From contig MU005979.1 in NCBI GenBank assembly GCA_010093745.1, positions 1 through 64,000 on the forward strand: 64,000 nt of DNA, written 5' to 3'. The DNA is from Piedraia hortae CBS 480.64. Taxonomy: Eukaryota. The notes under the pieces are model-generated. The model saw only the letters and a program-made list of their open reading frames with translations. It searched no databases and was not told the origin of the DNA. A program made the translations under genes and the position numbers. This document shows, one piece after another, positions 24,120 to 34,615 of this stretch. The first letter of the stretch is position 1. The number at the start of each line of letters is the position of its first letter.

Positions 24120-26373
24120 CCATGAGCAGGACCGCCTCTATATGTATGCAGCAAATCATGAAGACGCCGAACAGATCCGGCTGCTACGGGTGTGTGAAAC
24201 CCTGGGACTGCTGTCTGGGGCCGTACCACTGCAAGCACCGGGAAAAGATTGCTCTCTCCTGTCCCGGTGCCTGCCATGGATAGCGCGTAAACGAAAAGTG
24301 GTGGCCCTGGAAGGTCTGACGCGTCCAAGACGCGTTCGGCTAATCGAAGCGGAGGAACATGCGTCGGAGGCGCAGAGACAGAAAAGATGGGGACAAACAG
24401 AGCTAAAATTCTCGGAAAGATCATGGGACAGTTGGAATCAATTGCGGAAAGCCTCGGTGGGGAGGGTAACGTTGTGGACTCCGGACACGCGCACAATGCC
24501 CTCGGTCTCTGCCGAGCCATGATGCAGCATGAGGAAAACACGGTGAATACGAACGGGGCCGTACAAGACAAGTTGAACATTATCATTAAACGGCTCGACA
24601 AGTTGGAGAATGGAGCACCGGTGACCTCTCCTATTGCCGGCCAAGTGATGGCCGGTAAGCCTCTATGGAGTCAAGTGGCGGACAAAAGCAAAGGAACTTC
24701 CACAGTTGAGGTAAGACTCGACAACCGGGAAGGTGCTGAGAAAACGGCCGAAGAAACACTCAAGATAATCAAGCAATCGATACCGGATGCCAAGGCCATT
24801 ATTCCAGATCCAAGAGCTGAAGGTAAGGTTACGGTTGTCGTGGGATCAACCATGCGACGAGACCAGATTCTAGCAACGGGCTTTCCTGCAACGGAGGCTG
24901 CGGTAATTATTCGTCGCCTCAAGTTCGTTATGGTTATGGGGTTTGGCTGGATCCGCGCTTCTCTCGGAAAGATCACATCGAAAGAGCGGCGGCCAAGGGC
25001 CTGAAGACCTTTGAAGTCATGGCACGCATGACATCCCCCGTGTAGGGCCCGTCAGTGCGAAGCTCACAGGTTTTGTACGCTGCCGTCACAAGGCCCATCA
25101 CGACGTACGGTTCACAGGTCTGGGCTGTCGCGAAAGGTGGCAAACCAATTCCCAAGAGCTCCATAGCACCCCTGGCTATCGTGCAGAACAATTGCATCAG
25201 GAAAAATCGTAGGCGCTTACAAACAGACGCCTAGTGCTGCAATCGAGCGAGAGGCAGATATTGCCCCCATAGACCTCTATCTACAGACCTTGGCTACGAA
25301 GAAAGCCGTGCAGAGCCGGACCGACGAAGTGACGATGGACATCGAACGGGCCCTTGGCCAGGTCTGGACCGCGGCCATACACATTGCTGGGAGTCGTCGC
25401 GGCAGACGGAGGCACGGAAACCAATGCCTGCCAAGTACCTATTTGATGGCTACCCGCCAAGCCGCGCGGTTACTGTGCCAGAGGGTAGACCTGCGCCAGA
25501 TGACAACGATGAAAGTCAAGTGTCATGTAGAGTAGTTCTTCGACGAGGAATGGGAACAGAGGTGGAAAAAGGAAGCGGACGCGGCGCGAAGTAGAGCAGC
25601 CACCTGGAAGACTCCATGGAAAGTTCGTGCCCCGGACTTCTACAATGGACTGGCCAAGCACGAGGCAACCGCCCCCTGCCTGCTTCGCACGGAAGTCTTG
25701 GGGCTTAATGAGTGGTTGGCCCGGATTGGCATCCGCGGTGTACACTCGGTGTGCACCTGCGGGCATCAAAAGCAGACGTTGGATCATATTCTCGGCTTCT
25801 GCCTCAACCTGGCCGAAGCTCGGAGATGGCTGGCGGAGACTGCAGGTACTACCCGGCTCCGAAAGGTCCTGTTACAAGAAAAAGAGAAAGTTGGATACGT
25901 CGCCAGATGGCTTCTACGCGCAGAGGTCCTTGAACAGTTTCGGGTGGCCTTAGCGGATGAACGGGAGGACGTGAGCGGTTGGGAGGCATTCCAACCGCTT
26001 CGTCGTGCATCATGGTAAGCTTTCCACCAACGGGAGCACCGACAGATGCGACTCAGCCTCCAAGGCAAGCATTGAAGAATAGATGACGAGCGTGGAGGAG
26101 GCAAGATATTACGTACCTCCGACAGCAGCCGGGGGTGGAATTTTGCTCGCGACAGCTAACATTGACATAATGCTCGAAGACGCGCAAGGGAACCAGATGG
26201 CACTTTAGATTGATTCTGTTGTGCAGTTCGCCACGGAGCGATCCGCAGGTGATGACCCACATCCCTGACCAGGGTTCGAGTACTCAAAAAGATTTTCTTG
26301 TAGCTCTAGATACGCGTGTATACTGACACACCTGTGAGGTGCCGCTGCTTATTAGAACAGATTCATTATTATT
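24120..26373 (+). mobile_element. Degenerate, internally deleted non-LTR retrotransposon (LINE, Tad-like); 5' boundary approximate
   Basis: ORF1/gag-like frame from ATG 24276 (in-frame TAA at 24288) to about 24940. It is followed by the RT C-terminal part: GVWLDPRFSRKDHI, YGSQVWA, VQNNCIRK.IVGAYKQTP, LRTEVLGLN and CCHC finger CTCG...TLDHILGFC. Frameshifts and stops present; (ATT)n tail at about 26361-26373. Confidence 0.88.
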
Positions 26374-26575
26374 AACAAGTTCTACATAAACGAGAAGACA
26401 AGAACAGGTCTCTTCAACCCCATGCTTCCAATTTCAACGTTGCTATCATATTCTACCAACCAAAATTCGGTGGCCCGGCTTGACAGGTCTTGGCTTTCAG
26501 CGGATCGCTCCGGCGCCATGTGATTCCTGCAACGACGGCGTGCGTGACACCAACTGCACAACATTCGTTAAGGCA

Positions 26576-27452
26576 ATGCTGACCTCAGGCTTTGCACATG
26601 CTCCTGTTAGCAGAACGCTGGTGATCAGTACGATAATATCATCGCTACTGGCCAGTCTCACAGATTGCAAGACGTTTCTTAACCTCGAAATTCGCCCACA
26701 TGTGCTCGATTACGGCCAATACTGGCGGTTCCTTACCTGGCAGCTCTGCTACAGCAACAGTACCGAGGTCCTACTTGCTGCTTGGGCATTTTACCATTTA
26801 CGTGTAATTGAAAGGTTATGGGGCAGCAGGAAATTTGCGGTAGGTTTAACATGATCGCAGTCAGGGAAGATATCTAACGGAACAGTCTTTTATCTTGACA
26901 ACGTTCCCTTACACGACACTTTTACCGCCTCTGCTTTTAGCAGCTGTTATACGGCCTCTGAGTGGTGGCTGGATCAATGCGATTCCTTCGGGGCCTACTC
27001 CTCTGATTTTCGCTCTGTTAGTACAGTACCACGCAGCAGTGCCGTATGTGTACAAGTACCGGCTATCGGGATCCCTTCCGGCACCTTCGGATCCTGCATC
27101 TAGCCAAACTCGCGAGTACGGACTCACTTTGACGTCCAAATGCACCTCTTACATCTTGCCGCTTCAGTTGGCCTTGACTCAGCTTCCGGGCTCGGCTTTG
27201 ACTGCCGCTGTTGGATGGATTATCGGGTTGTCGTATCGACGTGATCTCTTGCCGGGGGCCGCCACATGGCGGCTTCCCAGCTGGGCTGTTGGCGGTGGAG
27301 CGCAACGGCGACGGTATGACTCCCTGCGACGACGCATGGAGGGCGAGGCTGGAAGGACCACGGGTGTCGAGGCCGGAACGACTAACGCCGAAGCTACTCG
27401 AAGAAGGGGCGTGGTCGGAGACCTCTTAAATCAGTTTAGAGGGGGTGATTGA
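26576..27452 (+). CDS. DSC2: Rhomboid-like pseudoprotease, DSC E3 ligase complex subunit Dsc2, about 276 aa; intron 26840-26885
   Basis: MLTSGFAHAPVS, QYWRFLTWQLCYSNSTEVL, RVIERLWGSRKFASF, PSGPTPLIFALL; several TM segments. Confidence 0.85.
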
Positions 27453-27736
27453 GGGAGGTATAACGATTAACTTCGTTCCGTCATACATCGGCGATCTCCC
27501 TACCCCCTCGACAAAGAAGGGAACATCACGGTTTTCAGCCGGGACCAACCAGTGATGAAGCACGTAATACTCGTATGGTTCCCGACACTGTTTTAATGAG
27601 GAATACACGACTAGTCGATTGAAACGGCAGCTCATGGCTGTGCCAGCGGACTCAGATACATGCTCTTCATTAGCATTCGCTTAGTTATAAACGCAAGATA
27701 AGACAAAACATGAGAAAAATAACCCCAATCATCAGC

Positions 27737-30700
27737 TCAGCGCTGGCAAAAAAGTTCAAGCTCGCCAGTGCCCCCAGTCTGTTCGCGCCAAGTTTCAAAA
27801 GCAGTTTGTACGTCTTCATCTGATTGAATACTGACGTAGTCTTCCTCATCCAGGTACTTGAGCTTTACCTGGGTTTCTCTCGATCCACGGTCAGCGAGAC
27901 TCAGATGAGTGGATCGCTGGAGCTTCGCGTCGATGCGATCCCGCAGCGTTTCATAACTGATATTTGATGAAACAACAAGCGTCATGACCTGTGATGCCGC
28001 GGGACAACGGACCTTGACCCTTATCTGGGTCACACCTTCTGATGTGGACGATGCTGCACCAGGCTGCAAAGGCGCTGGTGAGAACGAGCCGTTTCGACTG
28101 CCGGGTACAGGCGTCATGACTCTTGAATGCGGATAATAACCATCTCTTGGATCAGCTGGAAGACCTGGGCGGGACGAGCTGGTTGGAGACGGGTCTTGCT
28201 GTGGGCGGGCCTGGTACGTTTTATCCCGCGCCAACTGCGGACTGTTGCTCATTGTGCGCGAGGAAATGACTCCAAGAGCCGGGTTCGGGCTGTTGGTGTG
28301 ACTGCGGGGAACCACATGAGATTGTTGCTGATACGGCAGCGGCATCTCCGGCACGGGAGGCTGTTCGCCCCCAATCCGCCCAGTCAAGCCATTTGACCGC
28401 ACTCCCTGTGCGTGGTGGATGTTTGGGCTGCTGGCCGAGCGGTTACGTGGCGGCATCTGCTGTGCACTGTGTAGACCGGCCACAGCAGAGATGCCTGGCC
28501 TAGGCATGCTCGGCTGTCGTGCAGATGGCGGCGGGTGACCAGTGTCAGCATGGCGCGCCACGGCAGGGGCGGTGAACCTCGTGTTGCCATGGCCCTCTTC
28601 AAAGTAAGCGTTTTGTGGAAGGGGCTGTCTGGAAAAATGGTACATGCCCGAGCTAGAACTTGTTCGCGTCGAGAGCGGTGAGTCAGCAGTGGGCGAGAAG
28701 TACGAATCGCCCACCCAATCAACGGGCGATGCCGCTGGTGGTCTTTGTTGCAATTGCTGGGTTCGAATGTTGGGGAGATTGGTGGACGCATAGCCAGACG
28801 CGAGGGACGGCAGCCCTCGTGCGCCAAGGGCTTGGGTGGCCGAAATCTCCCCTGTCGAGGCCTTTGACCGCTGATTGGGGTTGTCCGGCCTACCCTGAGA
28901 TGCCTCTCTCGAATGGCGGTATGAGCCGGACCACACAGGTGCGCCGTTGGTGGTTGCAAAGTCCAAGTCATCATCGTCGTCGTCATCACCTTGTTGCAGG
29001 TACGGGTTCTGTAGAGGCGGTTGGTTCTGCATAAACACGAAATCAGTCTGACTGGTGCCGCCTGACCGTCGACTCTCGGAGCTCTTGGTGCTGCCGTGAC
29101 CAACGCTGCGCCTTCGTCTCTGGTTCTCAATCTGTGTCAACCACTTGTTCATTTCCTCCTCAGTTTTGAATCGGATAATGAAGTTTTCAATGGCCGGGTC
29201 CCCTTTCCAGAAGATCTGACACTTGTAGGAGCCTAGGATAAGTTAGCCGAGTGGGAAGCTGGACGGGACAAGACATACCTGGCTTGATTAGTGTTATAAG
29301 GTCCGTGACATTCTTCATGAATATCCGGCCCTTCAATTGGAGTTTGGGCTTTCCTCGCTTGTCCACCAACTGTTTTGTCGTGATCTTGTTCTTGGGCTTG
29401 CTGAGGTCCACTTCTTTGCAATACAACATGATGGACTCAAAGAGATACACTTGGTACTGGCGAAATTATCAGTATTTACACAACACGCGGTTTGAAATTG
29501 GTTACTTACTTGTCGCTCGGCTTCCTTTTGAGCTCCTTCATTGTCAGATTTGTGGACAGCCACCATGCCATGCAGCAAAAGTTCGCCAAACCCTTCTACT
29601 CGATGGCCCTTCCAGTCTTCCAGACGCATTTTAAGCTCTTCCACCGCCTCGGCCTTTTCTTGGCGATCGACAGCCCGATTGGTGCGATCCAGAACAGAAG
29701 TTGCGGCTTCTTTGCCAACCATGAGATCTCGCTTGCGTTCCGCATCCAAGTCGCCCTTTTTGTACAAATCGTTCAGCAAAAGGGGATACTTGGTCAGCCT
29801 TTGCAGAGGTTTCATGAGGAAGCCGTACAAGGCAACCGGAGACTCGACCATCTGCCGCATTTCCACCGAGCCTCCAGCCTCTTTCAGCTTGGCAAACTCA
29901 GCCAGCACCGTCTGTTCACACTTTTTCTGGTTTGCAATGTAAGGCTCGTAAACCTGGAATGCGTCGCAGTATAGTATGAACAGCTTGCCCCAGTTTTGCT
30001 CATCCTCGGGAAGGGCATTAGTCTGCTCGACACGAATGAGAAACCGCCGCTGAATGTCCAACAGGGCGTTCAGGTTGAGGAACATGTCATGCACCGCATC
30101 ACCGGGAATGACACCCTTTTCCTCTACCAAATTCTTGAAAGACTGCAGAAGCTCCAGATGTTGAACATACGTCCGCTCGGTGGACACCAGTTCCGCTACA
30201 ATGTGCTGCCTTTGGCTCTTTTTGAGTCCCTTTTCGGCCTGCTCCAAGTCGGAAGCTGTAGACCGCCGGTCTTCGATCAGCCCACGTTGAACGAGGATAT
30301 CAAGCACGCGATTTACCACTCTGGCCACCTTGACAAACCCGGTTGTGTCGTCTCCGTAGAGATCGGTGACGATGAAGCATTCTTCTTGCGGGAACTTAAG
30401 CTCGTTGACGCAAGCCTGAAGGAATTTGAAGGTCGCGGCCTTGCCAATCTTGTCATCTCGCAAATTCGAACCCAGCGTCAACGGCGTCTTGGGGTTGAGT
30501 GCGTTGTATAGCTGCATGAGCGGTACACCCTGGCGGAACGTGCGCCACAGTAGCGTGACAGGGTCTGTGTCGGCATCTGCACGATTTTCTTCGTCCGCGA
30601 GGCTCTGGTTGACCCCTGGAACGCCGAGCAGACGCTGGCGCAGGCTGACGCAGATTTGAAATAGCGAACTGCTGGCATCAGCGACCGAGTTCATGACGTT

Positions 30701-31015
30701 GTCGGTGGCGACGACATCGCCAACCACGGCCGATCCATTTGCAGAAGGCTGCGCCGCGGCAGCCGCGTGTGCGCCCGACGGTGGTGGAAATAGAGTGCTC
30801 TGCGTGGTGCCCTGTGTGGTTTCGCTACTTCTCGAGATTTGCGACTGGATGCTGTAATTGGAACCCGTATGGTTCTGCGAATGGAGAAGGGGCGACGGAC
30901 CGCCGGGGAGGGTCTGGTGACTCATGCTACGCTGCTGCGGAGCAGCGCGCACCGGCCTCGAAGGACCGCTGATAGAAGGGCGAGCCAGGATGGCAGGCGC
31001 CGCGATGTTCGTCAT
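27737..31015 (-). CDS. CDC24: Cdc42 guanine nucleotide exchange factor Cdc24/Scd1 (CH-DH-PH-PB1), about 1059 aa; introns 29457-29509 and 29233-29278
   Basis: DPVTLLWRTFRQG (CH), ELVSTERTYVQHLE and KPLQRLTKYPLLL (DH), DWKGH..FGELL and LKGRIFM (PH), LKYLDEEDYVSIQSDEDV (PB1). Confidence 0.95.
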
Positions 31016-31182
31016 TCCCAAGCGCTCCTGCGATTACGTGTGGTTACGGGGGCACGTGTTCACATCGGAGCACGGCTCCCGCGGAGGGGGCGGTGTGGAA
31101 AGGCGTGGGAGCGGCGCGGCCAGCGATGGGCAAATCCAGGGCGGAAAGCGGTGGGCGGCGGGGCAGTAGAGAGATGTTCCAA

Positions 31183-31211
31183 GGGGTTGGGGGGAGGGGG
31201 GGGGGGGGGGG
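31183..31211 (+). repeat. G-rich tract (G4-TT-G6-A-G16) in the CDC24/F-box divergent promoter
   Basis: Read directly from the sequence; G-quadruplex-capable. Confidence 0.8.
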
Positions 31212-31521
31212 TTTGTAAAGGTCGCGGGGTGTTGGCTTCGTCGGAGGAATGCGGCGGCAAAGCGCCAAGCTTTGTGCTGCTCATCGCGCTAACGCCCGAT
31301 TGGACGCAGCCGTATGCGGCCAAATCCCGCCCTCCGGGGAAACCCCCCCGCGGCGATCTCGATTGGCTCGCTACTGCGCCCCGTTATGCGGGAGCTAGCG
31401 GACGCGTCCGTCAAAATAGCTTTCATGTGACGTGACAGCCACGTGACAGGTGACGAACGAGGTTTCCAGACGTCAATGACAGCAAGTTAGGTGCTTGTCA
31501 ACGCTCCTGCGGCTACGGGGT

Positions 31522-34006
31522 ATGGCACACAAAGACCCCACACGTTCGCTGTCGCCCTTTGATGCCCCTTCCTTTCCGCGCTTGCTCGGTTCACCTTCGG
31601 GTCCCACGCGCGATATGGCGCTGCCCGACGAAGGCTACTCGGACGGAACGCACAGTGAAATGACGGACAGCGAAATGGCGTTTGCTGGCAGCGAAGACGA
31701 TATGTCGCGGCTGCTGTCATTGGCTCTGCGCTTATCGCCCGACCAGAGGAAGAGTAAGCGTTGCCATTAAGCGATTGCCCAACATGCCGCTGACAATCTT
31801 TCCAGGCGTTGTCGAGAAGCTCATCGAGAGCCTTCCGAATCACGACAAGGAGGCCATTGCGAGGTACTGCGCCAGCCTCACCCACTTCGACCCGTCGCAG
31901 TACTTGCCCAACGAGCTCATGCTCTCCGTCCTTTCGTACCTGTCTCCCCGAGATCTTCTAGCGTGCGGCAGCGTTTCTCGAGCCTGGCGCGATCGAGCGC
32001 TGGACGAGAAGTTGTGGAGGTGTTGTTTTGCCCAAGAGGGCTGGCGATTAGACGGCGATAAGATTAACAAAGTGGAGGCTGCGGCTGCGGATTTTCTCAG
32101 AAGACAAGGCGGCTACGAGCCCAAAGGCAAGGCGCGTCTGATGGACTGGTCTCCTGACCGTGTGGGGAAGCGGAAACGGAAGCCTGGGGACGCATTTGGT
32201 TCTGTCGACGGCTACACGTATGGAAGCAGCTACGACAAGGATGTTGAAATGGACATCTGTGAACCAGAGAATGGATTACATGCTATCCACAGCCTGCTCC
32301 CATCCATGTCATACCTGTCGCCGGCCTCTGTTGATGAATGGACAGCGCGAACCAAACCGAGCTTGTTCCGACCCGGCTCAGTTGAAGAGGGAAGGCCGCG
32401 GATCAGCTGGCCGTACCTCTTCAAACACCGGACGAGACTGGAAAGAAACTGGGAAAAAGATGGCTCTTACGGAATGTTTTCCCTACCACATCCCAACCAT
32501 CCCCACGAAGGCCACACCGAGTGCGTCTACACGGTGCAGTTCACGCCTTTATACGTTGTGTCTGGTTCCCGGGATCGAACGATTCGGAGGTGGGATTTGA
32601 CCAAGCGGCGCTTGATCGGACAGCCGCTAGTCGGACACACGGCAAGCGTTCTTTGTCTGCAGTTTGACGAACGGCCGCGGCATGACATGATCATCTCCGG
32701 TGGGTCGGACGCCAATGTGATAATCTGGCGTTTCAGTAGCGGCGAAATCGTAAGGAAGCTGGACAGGGCACATGACGAGAGCGTGCTGAACCTTCGCTTT
32801 GATGACCGATATCTGGTAACGTGTTCCAAAGACAACGTGGTCAAGGTCTGGAACCGACATGCCATTGACTGCGACGATCCCATAGTCCCAACGTACAAGC
32901 TGGACGAATGTGCCAACATCCCGCTCAGCCTAGACGCGGACGGCCGAATCCCAGAGTTCACGCTGCTGGCTCAGCTGCTCGGCCACCAGGCAGCCGTCAA
33001 TGCCGTCATGATTCATGACAACACGATAATATCGGCGTCAGGCGACCGCTCGATCCGGGCGTGGAACATTAAAGAAGCCAACATGGTCAAGCAGTACAGC
33101 GGCCACGCCAAGGGGATCGCGTGTGTACAATACGATGGGCGACGCATCGTTTCAGGTTCCTCTGACAACACAATTCGCATCTACGATGCGGCGACACAAT
33201 CTGAAATTGCGTGCTTGATAGGCCACAGTAACCTTGTACGTACTGTTCAGGCTCGGTTCGGCGACTTGGATACGGTCACGGATGATATGCTCGAGTTGGC
33301 GGCAAGAAGGGCTGAGCCTAGTGTTCTCCAACTCTTGGGCGACTCGGGATCAAGCAAGTCAAACGGCGCACTCGGCCGCGGTGCCAAGGTTCCTCCCGGT
33401 GGTGGTGGGAGCAGATGGGCCAGGATCGTATCCGGCTCCTACGATGAACATGTTGTCATCTGGAAACAGGATCAGGAGGGTAGGTGGAAGCGGAATCAAA
33501 GCCTCACCCAGGACGTCTTCCTCGCCGCAAATTTCCCCCGGCGTTCGAGACGAATGGCAGCCTTGGCGGCCGGTCCATGGCAAGCTGGCAGCAGTAGCAG
33601 CAACGCGAGCGGAACAGGGGCACAACAAGGGCACATGTCACAAGCAACGCCGGGCGTGATCTCAGCCGTCCCAGGCCCAAGCCGTCACGGCAGTGCCGTG
33701 GCATCTAGCAGCCAGATCATTAGCGTCCACACGACATTTGGGCACAGTGGTGCATCATCCTCTGTGCAACCGTTGCATGGGCAGCAGCAACCACAGCAAC
33801 GCAGTGTGCGCAATAACACACAGGCAGCGGCTCGGGCGGATCAGCCTCGCACGCACGCGGTGGATAACAATCGGATTTTCAAGCTACAGTTTGATGCTCG
33901 CCGCATCATTTGCTGCAGTCAGAACCGGGTGGTTGTGGGTTGGGACTTTGCAAATGGCGACAGGGACCTGGAGTGCGTTGGAGACTGGTGCTTGGAGACG
34001 GTATAG
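31522..34006 (+). CDS. fwd-1: F-box/WD40 protein, beta-TrCP-like (Neurospora FWD-1 type), about 810 aa; intron 31754-31805
   Basis: N-terminal DEGYS, F-box (YLPNELMLSVLSYL...VSRAW), WD repeats (GHTECVY, GHTASVLCLQFD, HDESVLNLRFD, GIACVQYDG), C-terminal RIFKLQFDARRIICCSQ. Confidence 0.85.
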
Positions 34007-34482
34007 AGCATCATCGATGATGGTCATGTATTTTTGGCATAGCATCAACGGTTCACATGTCGACCGTTTGCATGGGGAACGTGTCCAATCACACCGCCCA
34101 TGGAACGCTGGAGCGCAGAAATCTTTTCTGCCTAAGATACCGTAGACGTGCCGTGACCTTGGCTTGCGGGCGCTGTTGCAGAGCCAACCCCTACGTGTTA
34201 CTGCATTGACAGCCACGCTCTGCCACACTCTCTGCTACCTGTACAGTCAACAAGACAGGACTAGTCACGCGGCTGTCTAATACGCGCTGCTGTTTTTACT
34301 ACCGTTATTTAGCTGCTGGCCCAAAGCCAATTTGATCCATCGCCATTCTGCGTTCGCCCCTGCGGCAACCGAAACGCGCCGGTCATCAGGCCGACGTCAG
34401 GTGAGTCGCAGTGCATTTCGTCTGCTGAGACTGGCGGTTCTGACAGGAAAGTTGACGGTTGAAACTCTCGTTGGTCCGTGAC

Positions 34483-34592
34483 CCCCACCGCACCCCACCG
34501 CACCCCACCGCCACCACCGCTCTCCGCCGACTCCACACCGCTCCACACCGCCCTCAACCCACCCGCCTGTCACCTGCCACCTGTCACCTGTC
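34483..34592 (+). repeat. Short C-rich tandem repeats upstream of CDC4: CCCCACCG(CA) x3, CTCCACACCG x2, CACCTGY x4
   Basis: Read directly from the sequence. Confidence 0.75.
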
Positions 34593-34615
34593 ATTGAGAC
34601 CCGCCGCTTTCAACC

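Noticed and set aside
26265..26290. GGTTCGA T-loop-like motifs (also near 22790 on the minus strand and near 52363)
   Set aside because: No T-stem or cloverleaf can be built; not tRNA genes.
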